Sequence record: SRR31156797_5111
Strand: one strand, 5' to 3'
DNA: 39,182 nucleotides
Below, piece after piece: positions 26,396 to 36,361 of this stretch; position 1 is the first letter of the stretch; every line of letters begins with the position of its first letter. A program made the position numbers and the translations under genes. The notes beneath the pieces are model-generated. The model did not search any database and was not told where the DNA came from. It saw only the letters and a program-made list of their open reading frames with translations.

Positions 26396-27556
26396 ATGTT
26401 AAGCAATATATTTAAAGAACGCTACGGTAAGCTGTTGATCGGTTTTTGTTTTGTCGTGCTCTTCATGTATCTTAGTGCTGGCTGGCAATCACAAAATTCT
26501 TGGCACCAGCAAGAACGTTATTTGGCATCTGAGGAATTTATCAAAGATTTTAACGAAAATCGAGAATACTATGTCAAAAGCTACAACGGTGAAACCCCGG
26601 TTTACTTTGATTCGGCAGCAGAGTACCGCGATGCGGTATTGACAATCAACAAAGAGTACTCAGATGATTTTTATTACAATCGCCCGTATATGACCACCAT
26701 GAATCAATTTGTGATTGTCTTCCTGTTTATTTGGGGCTTTTTGTCCTTTTTTGTCGATGGCCGCACCAATTTCAATCGCTTTTTATTTGCTTTACCCTTT
26801 AGCAGAAAGCACGTCTTTCGCAAGAAACTGCTTTTTATCGGCTTACCCTTGACCGCTTGTTTAGTGTTGGGCCTGTTAGGTCATATCCTGATCGAATACA
26901 CAATGATCCCGGCTCGCTATCTCGCTGTGCCGCTTCAAGACGTGCTGCTTTCCGCCCTTAGTACTTTGGCAACGAATCTACTAGTATTTGCTGTCGGCAT
27001 CTTGTTGGGCGTTTTACTGGGGAATCTGTTTACTGGCGTGCTGTCGGTGTTCTTCACTCTTTCTCTAGGAACAATGGGGTATAGCTTTTTCCAATGTACC
27101 CGCGAGTTTTTTAGTTTTGTATTTCTTGGTCATGGGGATTTTCTGCTTCCTTTTCAAACGTGGATCGATTGGCCGCAAGGATATGTCTATCCTTGGTGGC
27201 TACTGCTCCTTTACCTCGGTTTGAGCGGCTTGCTGATTCTTGCTGCCGAAAAAGTGTTCTCGAAAATTTCTTTAGAAAATGACGGTGATTATTTAACGAT
27301 CCCTAAATTGCGCGCCCCGGTTTATTGGCTGCTTTCTTTAGGAACCTGGTTCTATCTATCCATGATTTCTTATTACCCGCTAGAAATTTTTTACCGTGAT
27401 CTCTATGAGGGGTATGATGTCAGTCTTTGGAACATCATCCTTCGGCTTGGCTTGTTGCTGGTTGCTTGCTTATTCATCAGTTTATTGCTTGTCTATCCTA
27501 AAGCACTGATGAATTGGTGGTACAAACGAAAAAACAAACAGGTCAGCAATATTTAA
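26396..27556 (+). CDS. ABC transporter permease (YtrC-like)
   Basis: Multi-TM protein with FLFALPFSR motif, in the same operon. Confidence 0.88.
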   Translation: MLSNIFKERYGKLLIGFCFVVLFMYLSAGWQSQNSWHQQERYLASEEFIKDFNENREYYVKSYNGETPVYFDSAAEYRDAVLTINKEYSDDFYYNRPYMTTMNQFVIVFLFIWGFLSFFVDGRTNFNRFLFALPFSRKHVFRKKLLFIGLPLTACLVLGLLGHILIEYTMIPARYLAVPLQDVLLSALSTLATNLLVFAVGILLGVLLGNLFTGVLSVFFTLSLGTMGYSFFQCTREFFSFVFLGHGDFLLPFQTWIDWPQGYVYPWWLLLLYLGLSGLLILAAEKVFSKISLENDGDYLTIPKLRAPVYWLLSLGTWFYLSMISYYPLEIFYRDLYEGYDVSLWNIILRLGLLLVACLFISLLLVYPKALMNWWYKRKNKQVSNI

Positions 27557-27598
27557 AAAAGCGTCCCTACAACAAGAAATTGTTGCCGGGACGCTTTT
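27557..27598. terminator. Bidirectional terminator
   Basis: AAAAGCGTCCC...GGGACGCTTTT. Confidence 0.75.
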
Positions 27599-27602
27599 AT
27601 GT

Positions 27603-27803
27603 TTAATGTTTAGGTTTGTCGTCGTCTTTTTTGTCAAAGAAGTCATTTACTTTGCGAGAAACATCATCCGCAAAATCTTCAACCTTATCTTTGGCTTTCC
27701 CATATTTATTTTGGGTTTTCCCTTTTAACTCCTCGGAGTCATCTCCTGTAAGTTTCCCTTTTGTTTCGGTTACTTTTCCTTCAATGCGATCCTTGTTTGT
27801 CAT
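27603..27803 (-). CDS. CsbD-family stress protein
   Basis: DRIEGKVTETKGKLTGDDSEELKGK...GKAKD; SD AAAGGAG. Confidence 0.85.
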   Translation of the reverse strand: MTNKDRIEGKVTETKGKLTGDDSEELKGKTQNKYGKAKDKVEDFADDVSRKVNDFFDKKDDDKPKH

Positions 27804-27979
27804 CGTAAAAACTCCTTTCATACTTGCTATAAATTAATAGTAGCATCATTTGCCAGAAAGCACGAATGTTCTGCTTCTATCTTATCCTTTGAGTTGTCCG
27901 CAACGATAGTTCTTCGCTATTTTTGACTCTTGGACGATTTAGGATATTCAGTAGAAAGCTGGCTTTCTCTATAAAAAGG

Positions 27980-28023
27980 GATGTTCTTTAGATGTTCTTT
28001 AGATGTTCTATTTGATGTTCTTT
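27980..28023. repeat. Four tandem GATGTTCT units with 11/11/12-bp spacing
   Basis: Units start at 27980, 27991, 28002 and 28014. Confidence 0.85.
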
Positions 28024-28058
28024 GAAGGAGTTCATTTAAAGAGGACACTGTGAACATA

Positions 28059-28160
28059 AAAAAACCATGACCTGAAAGAAGGCAATCTGAGGAGCTGCAG
28101 CTGCTAGAATCAGGAGGTACAGCTTCTCGATTTGGTGTCTTTTCAGGTCATGTTTTTTTT
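28059..28160. terminator. Long (about 100 nt) imperfect hairpin downstream of ffh; terminator or MITE-like
   Basis: CATGACCTGAAA...TTTCAGGTCATG outer stem, GAGGAGCTG/CAGCTTCTC inner stem, A/T tails. Confidence 0.6.
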
Positions 28161-28212
28161 AATTGTACCCTAAGAGAAGGTTCGGTTCTTAGTTCCTATC
28201 AGTGCTAAACGA

Positions 28213-29631
28213 TTATTTGCGTTTTTTCTTTTTCTTCTTTTGTTTTTTGACCATACGATTCATGGCCATTTTTCCAAGTTTCCCTTTGACACCGCCGCCA
28301 AACATTTGATCCATGCCAGGAATGTTCATATTCCCTTTGCTCATTTGCTGCATCATTTTGCGGGATTCTTTAAATTGTTTGATCATGCGGTTGACTTCGA
28401 CGACACTGTTGCCAGAACCGGCGGCAATCCGGCGACGACGGCTTGGATTTAACAAATCAGGATTTTCACGTTCTGCTGGTGTCATGGAATAAACCATGGC
28501 TTTTTGACGGGCAATTTGTTTTGGATCAACTTTGACGTTCTCGATGCCAGGCATTTGGCTCATTCCCGGAATCATTTTCAAAAGATCTTCAATTGGGCCC
28601 ATGCCCATGACTTGATCGATCTGTTCAACAAAGTCATTGAAGTCGAAGGAGTTTTCCTTCATTTTTTGAGCAAGTTCTTCTGCTTTTTTCTCGTCGTAAT
28701 CTTGCTGTGCTTTTTCGATCAAAGTCAGCATATCACCCATACCGAGAATCCGACTAGACATCCGATCTGGATGGAATACTTCAAGGTCGGTCAATTTTTC
28801 ACCGGTACCAGTGAACTTGATTGGAGCGCCAGTAACTTGACGAATTGACAATGCCGCACCGCCACGAGTATCGCCATCTAGTTTGGTGATGACTACCCCT
28901 GTGATCCCCAGTTGTTGATTGAAGCTTTCCGCCACGTTGACAGCATCTTGTCCTGTCATCGCATCCACTACCAGTAAAATTTCATTTGGCTGTGCCAAGT
29001 CCTTGATTTGTTTTAGCTCTTCCATCAAGTTTTCATCGATATGCAAACGACCTGCTGTATCGATCAAGACATAGTCATTTTTCTTTTCCCGAGCCAAAGC
29101 CAATCCTTGGCGTACGATTTCAACTGGACTGACATCAGTTCCCATATCGAAAACAGGTACATCCAATTGCTGACCTAATACTTTCAATTGGTCGATCGCG
29201 GCTGGACGGTACACGTCACCGGCAATCATTAATGGACGTGCGTTTTCGGTTTTGATCAAGTGATTGGCTAATTTCCCAGCAAAGGTGGTTTTCCCTGCCC
29301 CTTGCAGACCAGCCATCATGATAATCGTTGGGATCTTTGGTGATTTTTCAATCCCAACTGTTTCTGATCCTAACGTTTTGGTTAATTCTTCGTCAACGAT
29401 TTTAACGATCTGTTGCGCTGGAGATAAGCTTTCTAATACTTCTACCCCAACTGCCCGTTCACGTACATTTTTGGTAAACTCTTTCACAACTTGCAGATTG
29501 ACGTCGGCTTCTAATAAAGCTAGACGAATCTCACGCATCATTTCTTTTACATCTGCTTCAGATACTTTTCCTTTTCTGCGCAGTTTGCTCATTGCCTGCT
29601 GGAGGCGTTCAGTTAAACTTTCAAATGCCAT
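28213..29631 (-). CDS. ffh: Signal recognition particle protein
   Basis: GLQGAGKTT, DTAGR, TKLDGD, Met-rich M domain. Confidence 0.98.
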   Translation of the reverse strand: MAFESLTERLQQAMSKLRRKGKVSEADVKEMMREIRLALLEADVNLQVVKEFTKNVRERAVGVEVLESLSPAQQIVKIVDEELTKTLGSETVGIEKSPKIPTIIMMAGLQGAGKTTFAGKLANHLIKTENARPLMIAGDVYRPAAIDQLKVLGQQLDVPVFDMGTDVSPVEIVRQGLALAREKKNDYVLIDTAGRLHIDENLMEELKQIKDLAQPNEILLVVDAMTGQDAVNVAESFNQQLGITGVVITKLDGDTRGGAALSIRQVTGAPIKFTGTGEKLTDLEVFHPDRMSSRILGMGDMLTLIEKAQQDYDEKKAEELAQKMKENSFDFNDFVEQIDQVMGMGPIEDLLKMIPGMSQMPGIENVKVDPKQIARQKAMVYSMTPAERENPDLLNPSRRRRIAAGSGNSVVEVNRMIKQFKESRKMMQQMSKGNMNIPGMDQMFGGGVKGKLGKMAMNRMVKKQKKKKKKRK

Positions 29632-29645
29632 TTTTTTTCATTCCT

Positions 29646-29984
29646 TTATTCTTCAATTTCTTGGAGCTGTTGAATAAACCCCTGTAAGGTTTCGTCTTTT
29701 GGATAGTGGGTTTTCGTATACTCGCTTAGCTGATCCAGCAAGTCTTCCCGCATGATATAATCCGAAAACATATGTAGTTTTTTTTCATAGTCTTCTAAAA
29801 TACGTTCGGTGCGTTTGATGTTGTCATAGACTGCTTGACGGCTAACTTGATACTCTTCAGCGATTTCTCCTAGAGAAAAATCATCTGCGTAATACAATTC
29901 CATGTAATTCATCTGTTTTTCCGTCAATAACGTGGAATAAAACTCAAACAACGCATTCATGCGATTGGTCTTTTCAATTTCCAT
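29646..29984 (-). CDS. ylxM: YlxM/p13-like protein
   Basis: [13 protein letters not shown]...SLGEIAE...[11 protein letters not shown]; directly upstream of ffh. Confidence 0.93.
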   Translation of the reverse strand: MEIEKTNRMNALFEFYSTLLTEKQMNYMELYYADDFSLGEIAEEYQVSRQAVYDNIKRTERILEDYEKKLHMFSDYIMREDLLDQLSEYTKTHYPKDETLQGFIQQLQEIEE

Positions 29985-30447
29985 TTGCTTCCTCCTGTTT
30001 TGCAAGCCATTCGACATCGGACAAAACAGTCATGCCTTGTTGTCGAAAATACGCACAAGCGACACCGATCCCTCTTCTTTTGATTCCAGAAAAATTGCCA
30101 TCATAAATCATCTGACTGCCACAAGAGGGACTTTTCTCTTTTAGGATCAGTTGGGTGATGCCTTGCTCTTGTAATTTTTGATAAGCAATTTTCGCGCCGG
30201 TAGTAAACTGTTCGGTCACGTCTTCCCCTGAGATGGTGACGACCTTCGCTCGTTGCGCCCAAACGTCCACCCCATCGCCACCAACGATTTCTGCCGGTTC
30301 CCGTGGGATCGGCAAGCCGCCAAGAACTTCTGGACAAACCATCATTGCTTGACCTGCTCTTACCAGTTCGATCAATGGTGGCACTGCTTGGTGTTTTCCA
30401 TCATAACGGCAAAGTACACCGCCTAGACACGCACTGATTCCGATCAT
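29974..30447 (-). CDS. DUF523 / 2-thiouracil desulfurase (TudS/YbbK) family Fe-S protein
   Basis: [31 protein letters not shown]. Confidence 0.88.
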   Translation of the reverse strand: MIGISACLGGVLCRYDGKHQAVPPLIELVRAGQAMMVCPEVLGGLPIPREPAEIVGGDGVDVWAQRAKVVTISGEDVTEQFTTGAKIAYQKLQEQGITQLILKEKSPSCGSQMIYDGNFSGIKRRGIGVACAYFRQQGMTVLSDVEWLAKQEEANGN

Positions 30448-30597
30448 ATAGCACCCTCAGCTTTCCTATGAAATCGTCCTTTATTATAGCATTTATTTAG
30501 TGGTTGCAATAGTACCAATTGTCTATTCATGCTAAAATAGGACTTGTTCGTTGAAATTTAATCGTTTCTTGAAAAAAAGAAGCTAAAGGAGTTTGCC

Positions 30598-31302
30598 ATG
30601 AAAAAAATACTCGTTGTCGATGATGAACCTTCCATCGTCACACTTTTAACCTTTAATCTAGAAAAAGAGGGCTATCAAGTCGTTTCCGCCTCAGATGGTC
30701 AAAAAGCCTACGAATTAGCCTTGTCTAAGCCTTTTGACTTTATCATCTTAGATGTCATGCTGCCGAATATGGACGGCATCGAGATCACGAAGAAATTGCG
30801 TCAAGAAAAAATCGAGACCCCGATCCTCGTCTTGACCGCAAAAGATGATCCAATCGATCGGATCTTAGGCTTAGAGATCGGCGCCGATGACTATTTGACG
30901 AAGCCTTTCAGTCCTAGAGAGGTATTAGCTAGAATGAAAGCCATCTTCCGTCGTTTAGAACCCCGTCAACAAACACGAGAAGAAGATCAACCTGCAGAGA
31001 TTCTGCAAGTCGGTGGGATCCAAGCAGACCTGACGAATTTCCAAGTCAGTGTGGATGGTGAGAAAATCTTCCTAACGCCAAAAGAATTCGAGCTGCTAGT
31101 TTACTTTATGAAACGAAAAGGCCGCGTAATCGATCGCGATACCTTGCTCAATCGCATTTGGAACTTCGACTTTGATGGACAAAGTCGAATCGTGGATGTT
31201 CACATCAGTCATTTAAGAGAAAAATTGGAAGCTGATCCAAAACGGCCGGAATACTTAGTAACGGTTCGGGGATTCGGGTATAAATTTCAGGAGCCAGTCT
31301 AA
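30598..31302 (+). CDS. phoP: OmpR-family response regulator PhoP
   Basis: VDDEPSIVTLL.FNLEKEG resembles PhoP; winged-helix output domain; near pstS. Confidence 0.85.
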   Translation: MKKILVVDDEPSIVTLLTFNLEKEGYQVVSASDGQKAYELALSKPFDFIILDVMLPNMDGIEITKKLRQEKIETPILVLTAKDDPIDRILGLEIGADDYLTKPFSPREVLARMKAIFRRLEPRQQTREEDQPAEILQVGGIQADLTNFQVSVDGEKIFLTPKEFELLVYFMKRKGRVIDRDTLLNRIWNFDFDGQSRIVDVHISHLREKLEADPKRPEYLVTVRGFGYKFQEPV

Positions 31303-33032
31303 TGAAAAAACGCTATGGCTATGGTTTATGGTCGATCGGTCTATTGCTGATTTTTTTCCTGTGCTGGCAAGTTCTAAGCAGTTTTTACCGTCAGCAAGTC
31401 ATTGCCCAGCAAGTGGCTTTTCTCCAAGAGAAAGCCACCGTATTTTTGAATCTATCAGATAATCAAACCGCCGCCTTAGAACAGTTTGCGGATACCTATG
31501 TTGAAGATAGCAATAGTCGCATCACTTTGTTAGATGACCAAGGTCAGATCATTTTCGATACCTATGATCATACACTGCATGAAAACCGCTCCAATCGTCC
31601 AGAAGTCCAAGCCGTTTTGCGCGGAAGCTCCGTCGGTCAATCGCTGCGGGAAAGCGACACCTTGCATGAAGAATTGCTTTACGTGGCGATTCCTGTCAAA
31701 GAGGATGGAAACTTGACTCAAATCTTGCGAATCGCCGAACCGACCGCGGCTTTTTTTGCAAAAAATGAAGGAATCAAGCAGTCGATCTTGATTGTCTATC
31801 TTGTTTTTTGCTTTTTGATCAGCCTATTGATTTTCCATACCTTGCGCCAGCGAAATCGGCCGATCCAAACGATTCTGCCCGTCGTAAAAAAAATGATCAC
31901 CTCGCCCGATCAACAAGCAATCATTATGCAAGAAACCCCTGAACATGATGAGTTGTATCAACTGATCAATCAGCTGAGCGAGCAAATGAGCCAGACCTAT
32001 CGTGCCTATGCGGCTTCTGAACAGCAACTGTACGGCTTGCTCAGTGAACTGATGATCGGTGTCTTTATCATCAATGAAGAAAATCAACTGCTGCTGTTGA
32101 ATCCGACGATGCAAGAACAGCTAGGGATGGAAACCGCACCGATCTTACCGCAACCTTTTACTGAAGTGATCCATGACACACAATTGATCCAGTTGATCTA
32201 TCAATTTAATGACGAGACCCCTATTTTCCATGCGGAAACCACCCTTAGCGGGGAACGTTCAAAAGTCTTAGATGTTACCTTGCGAAGCTTCCAAGAAAAC
32301 CAGTTGATTGGTATTTCTTATGACTTGACACGCATCCGACAATTAGAAAAGATGCAAAAAGATTTTGTCGGCAATGTTTCCCATGAATTAAAAACGCCGG
32401 TAACTTCCTTGATTGGGTTTACTGAAACACTGCTGGATGGCGCCAAAGAAGACCCTGAAACGTTGCAGACCTTCTTAGAGATCATTCAAAAAGATGCTTA
32501 TCGCTTGAAAAATCTAATACAAGATATCATCCAATTGTCTCAAGACAGTGATTCTTTCCAGTATGTCGACCAACCGATCAACTTTTCTGAGCTGCTGCAA
32601 CAAGTCGTTCAAACCTATGGTCCCGCAGCTGTTAAGAAGCAATTGACCTTTCAATTTGAAGGACCCGAACAATTCATTTTATCTACCAAAAAAGAGCTGC
32701 TGCAGCCCATCGTAAAAAATCTAGTTGAAAATGCGGTCACCTATTCAAAACCTGGAGGTGTCATCACATTATCCTATTCCGAGCAAGATGACCAGCTGCT
32801 TTTTCAAGTGCAGGATCAAGGCATCGGCATCGATGAAGAAGATCAAGAACGGATTTTTGAGCGGTTTTATCGGGTGGACAAAGCCCGTGCTCGCAATTCT
32901 GGCGGCACTGGACTTGGGCTGGCTATCGTCAAAGACTATACCAAATTATTAGGCGGCAGCATCAAGGTTGACAGTTTCCCTAAAATTGGTTCTACCTTTA
33001 CGGTGACTTTGCCGCTTCATGAAAAAAGATGA
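31302..33032 (+). CDS. phoR: Sensor histidine kinase PhoR
   Basis: Two TM segments, HELKTP H-box, FERFYRVDKAR, GGTGLGLAIVK. Confidence 0.85.
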   Translation: MKKRYGYGLWSIGLLLIFFLCWQVLSSFYRQQVIAQQVAFLQEKATVFLNLSDNQTAALEQFADTYVEDSNSRITLLDDQGQIIFDTYDHTLHENRSNRPEVQAVLRGSSVGQSLRESDTLHEELLYVAIPVKEDGNLTQILRIAEPTAAFFAKNEGIKQSILIVYLVFCFLISLLIFHTLRQRNRPIQTILPVVKKMITSPDQQAIIMQETPEHDELYQLINQLSEQMSQTYRAYAASEQQLYGLLSELMIGVFIINEENQLLLLNPTMQEQLGMETAPILPQPFTEVIHDTQLIQLIYQFNDETPIFHAETTLSGERSKVLDVTLRSFQENQLIGISYDLTRIRQLEKMQKDFVGNVSHELKTPVTSLIGFTETLLDGAKEDPETLQTFLEIIQKDAYRLKNLIQDIIQLSQDSDSFQYVDQPINFSELLQQVVQTYGPAAVKKQLTFQFEGPEQFILSTKKELLQPIVKNLVENAVTYSKPGGVITLSYSEQDDQLLFQVQDQGIGIDEEDQERIFERFYRVDKARARNSGGTGLGLAIVKDYTKLLGGSIKVDSFPKIGSTFTVTLPLHEKR

Positions 33033-33040
33033 TTATTGAT

Positions 33041-33085
33041 AAAAAACAGCCGATAACAGGTGAATAAAGGTTATCGGCTGTTTTT
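33041..33085 (+). terminator. phoPR terminator
   Basis: AAAAACAGCCGATAAC...GTTATCGGCTGTTTTT. Confidence 0.8.
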
Positions 33086-33198
33086 GTAATCATTTTTAGT
33101 TGGTATTCCCCACTAGATGAAGTGCCATCCGATAGTATCTTCTTGATTGTTTAAACAAAAAAAGAAGGAGATTCCTCCTTCTTCGTCCATTCATTTCA

Positions 33199-34107
33199 CT
33201 ATTCAACATTCGTTACTTCGCCGTCTACACTGCGTTCTACTTTCATATCAGTGATTGGCAAGTATCCTAATTCGATAACGATTCCTTGTTGGACATCGTC
33301 TGTCATGATGTAATCAAGAAAGGCTTTGACGTTAGCATCTGGTTCACCATTCGTGTACATATGCTCGTAAGACCAGATTGGCCATTTGTTATCTGCAATA
33401 TTTTCAGGGGTCGCTTCTACCCCATCAAGAGATAGCGCTTGGATTGAATCATCTAAATAAGATAAAGCAAGGTAGCTGATTGCTCCTGGTGTTTCAGCAA
33501 CGATTTTACGGACTGTTCCAGAAGAATCTTGCTCTTGTGTTTGGATCGTCTCTGCACCATCTAAGCCCCATTTTTCAAAGGTCGCTCTCGTACCGCTGCC
33601 TGACGCACGGTTGATTACAGAGATTTCTTGATCTGCTCCACCGAGTTCAGACCAATTCTTCACTTTGCCTGTAAAGATATCGATTAAATCTTGTTGGCTA
33701 AGATCCGTAACGCCTGCGTCTTTATTCACTACTGGTGCCATACCAACTACGGCTACTTTATGGTCAACTAATTTGCTGGCGTCCACACCATCTTTTTCAT
33801 CCGCAAAAACATCGGAATTGCCGATCGTCACAGCGCCTGTTTCTACTTGACTTAAGCCAGTTCCGCTACCGCCACCTTGAACAGTAATTGTATAATTGGG
33901 ATTGTCCGCTGAGAAGCTTTCACCTGCTGCTTCAACCAAGGGTTGCAAAGCAGTTGAGCCTACCGCTAAAATTTCTACATTTTCATTTGATGCGGCACCT
34001 GATGAAGATCCGCCTGATGCTTGACTGCTATCAGTGCTTGTACCACCGCTCCCACAGCCAGCTAATAATAATCCAGTTGCAAAAAATAAAAGTCCCAATT
34101 TTTTCAT
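33199..34107 (-). CDS. pstS: Phosphate-binding lipoprotein PstS
   Basis: Lipobox LAGC, GSTALQP, GGGSGTG, SGSGTRATF. Confidence 0.92.
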   Translation of the reverse strand: MKKLGLLFFATGLLLAGCGSGGTSTDSSQASGGSSSGAASNENVEILAVGSTALQPLVEAAGESFSADNPNYTITVQGGGSGTGLSQVETGAVTIGNSDVFADEKDGVDASKLVDHKVAVVGMAPVVNKDAGVTDLSQQDLIDIFTGKVKNWSELGGADQEISVINRASGSGTRATFEKWGLDGAETIQTQEQDSSGTVRKIVAETPGAISYLALSYLDDSIQALSLDGVEATPENIADNKWPIWSYEHMYTNGEPDANVKAFLDYIMTDDVQQGIVIELGYLPITDMKVERSVDGEVTNVE

Positions 34108-34135
34108 TTAGTAAATCTCCTTTCGTTATATGCTT

Positions 34136-34210
34136 AGTTTAGCAAGGCGGTGTAAACCCTTGATGGATTTCATGTAAAGAATCGATAAAGCGATGTAAAT
34201 CTTTTGTAAA
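34136..34210 (-). promoter_or_regulatory. Pho-box array and -10 element of pstS
   Basis: Minus-strand TTTACA repeats at 34151, 34173, 34194 and 34205, a degenerate one at 34184, about 11-bp phasing; -10 TAAACT. Confidence 0.75.
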
Positions 34211-34293
34211 GTTTGTCGATTGCCCAAAAAGCCCCCGCTGAATCCATCAGAGGGGGCTTGCTTTATCTAAAAACGAAAGAAATGTCTGTAGAA

Positions 34294-35463
34294 TCAATTG
34301 CTTTGCATATAGCGTGTCAAGCGATCCATCGCTTCCACCAAGTTTTCCATACTTGCCGCATAGCTTAAACGAACATAGCCTTCTGCTTCGGGACCAAAGG
34401 CGATACCCGGGATGATTGCTAATTGATTCTTTTCCGCTAAGTCGACACAAAAAGCCATGGAATCTTGGTTGAAACCTGCTGGTATTTTGGCAAAAATGTA
34501 GAATGCACCAGAGGGCTTCGCCATGTCAAAACCAAGGGCAGTCATCTTTTCAAACAAGTAATCTCGACGTTCACGGTAATCGGCTTTCATGACTTCTGCA
34601 TCATTGATGCCTTCGATCAATGCCCGCACAGCTGCTTTTTGAGAAATCGTTGATGCCGCAGTCACTAAGTATTGGTGGACCTTAATGATCTGAGCAGTCA
34701 ACGCTTTTGGTGCAAAAATGAAGCCGACGCGCCACCCAGTCATCGCGTGAGATTTCGACAAGCCATTGATCACGATCGTTTGATCCCGCAAGTATTCGGC
34801 AATGGACACATGGGTTTCATCATAAGTCAACTCACTATAAATTTCATCGCTAATAACAAAAACGGGGTATTTTTCTAAAACCTCCGCCAATGCTTTGACT
34901 TGTTCTCGGGTATAAACGACCCCTGTTGGATTGCTAGGATAATTCAAAATGACTGCCTTGACTTGCTCCCCATGCTCTTTTAAGGCTGCTTCCAAAACTT
35001 CTGGCGCTAAAACAAAGTCATTGTCCGTCGTATCAAGATAGATCGGTTGGGCATGGGCTAAATGGATGACTGGTTCATAGCCTGGATAAATTGGTGCCGG
35101 TAGGAGAACTTTATCGCCAGGTTCCAACGTGGCTAATAAAGAAGCTGAGATTGCTTCCGTTGCACCGATCGTCACTAATACTTCTGATTGAAAGTCGTAA
35201 TCAAGCTGATATTTATTTTTCAAAAAGAGGCTGGCTGCTTGCCGAACATCTGCTAAGCCGGCCATTCCAGAATAGTGGCTAAAATTTTGTTCGATTGCTT
35301 GGACACCCGATTTTTTCACGTGCTCTGGTGTGTTAAAATCCGGCTCGCCTAACGTTAACTTTAAAATATCAGGAATTGAAGAAACCCGTTCATCAAATTT
35401 ACGAATCAATGAAACAGCTATATTGTACACTTCGTGATTGAAGCGTTGGCTTACGTCTGCCAT
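34294..35463 (-). CDS. PLP-dependent class I/II aminotransferase (PatA/AraT-like)
   Basis: LGEPDF, NYPSNPTG, SDEIY, SKSHAMTGWRVG. Confidence 0.93.
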   Translation of the reverse strand: MADVSQRFNHEVYNIAVSLIRKFDERVSSIPDILKLTLGEPDFNTPEHVKKSGVQAIEQNFSHYSGMAGLADVRQAASLFLKNKYQLDYDFQSEVLVTIGATEAISASLLATLEPGDKVLLPAPIYPGYEPVIHLAHAQPIYLDTTDNDFVLAPEVLEAALKEHGEQVKAVILNYPSNPTGVVYTREQVKALAEVLEKYPVFVISDEIYSELTYDETHVSIAEYLRDQTIVINGLSKSHAMTGWRVGFIFAPKALTAQIIKVHQYLVTAASTISQKAAVRALIEGINDAEVMKADYRERRDYLFEKMTALGFDMAKPSGAFYIFAKIPAGFNQDSMAFCVDLAEKNQLAIIPGIAFGPEAEGYVRLSYAASMENLVEAMDRLTRYMQSN

Positions 35464-35641
35464 AGTATCACTCCTTTGAATTAAGCAAATTCATTCGCTA
35501 TTGTTGTTAATCCTAACACAAAAAGGCGACAATTTTAAGCAACGGATGAAATTAATCTAATAACCACAATTCCGTTTGCTTATTTACAAACAAAAACATT
35601 TTATGTTAGTATATAATCAAACAAAAAAAGGAGAACCCAAA

Positions 35642-36361
35642 ATGAAACCTTATCAAGAGTTTACCATTTCTGATTATCAGCAAGGATATGTCGAAACAAC
35701 AACGGATTATTGTTGCGTATTTTGTCAGGAGACCTTCGACAAAGAAGAAATCTATCCCGTTGATGGCGCCTTTTTTACGGCAAAAAAACGAATGATACAA
35801 CATATCACTGAGCATCACGGAACCGTTTTATCCGCATTATTGGCTTTACCCAAAGAACAAACAGGCTTATCAGAAAGCCAGCAGGAGATTTTACAACTGT
35901 TTGCCCAAGATGTTAGCGATACTGTGATTGCCCAGCGCTTAGGTATCTCTTCTTCGACTGTCAGGAATCATCGCTTTAAGCTAAAAGAAAAGCAGCGACA
36001 AGCGACTGTTTTTATAAGTATCATGTCCTTGTTGCAAGAAACCCCGTTGCTGCCGCCTCACAAAGGGGCGACGATGCTTGATGATCGCTATGCCATTACG
36101 GCTAGTGAAAGAGAAAAGATCATTGCTACTTATTTTGATGAAGCGGGGTTTATCAAACAGTTTCCGAGCAAAGAAAAGCGCAAGATCGTTGTCTTAAGTG
36201 TGCTGGCACAAAAATTTGATCCGAAGAAAAATTATTCAGAAGCTGCCGTAAACGATGTATTAAAACAAGCGATCACCGATTATGTCACTGTCCGACGATA
36301 TTTGATCGAGTATGGATTTATGCAACGGACGAAAGACGGAAAAACTTACTGGCTGACTTAA
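35642..36361 (+). CDS. DUF2087-domain protein with Cys/His-rich N-terminus and LuxR-like HTH
   Basis: CxxC...H...HH; IAQRLGISSSTVRNH; FPSKEKRK...DYVTVRRYLIEYGF; SD AAGGAG before the ATG at 35642. Confidence 0.85.
   Translation: MKPYQEFTISDYQQGYVETTTDYCCVFCQETFDKEEIYPVDGAFFTAKKRMIQHITEHHGTVLSALLALPKEQTGLSESQQEILQLFAQDVSDTVIAQRLGISSSTVRNHRFKLKEKQRQATVFISIMSLLQETPLLPPHKGATMLDDRYAITASEREKIIATYFDEAGFIKQFPSKEKRKIVVLSVLAQKFDPKKNYSEAAVNDVLKQAITDYVTVRRYLIEYGFMQRTKDGKTYWLT

Noticed and set aside
27980-28023. CRISPR array or LexA boxes
   Set aside because: No spacers or cas genes; the units are direct repeats, not the GAAC-N4-GTTC palindrome
28059-28160. SRP (4.5S/scRNA) RNA next to ffh
   Set aside because: Lacks the conserved domain IV motif (CAGG...GNRA...AGCA)
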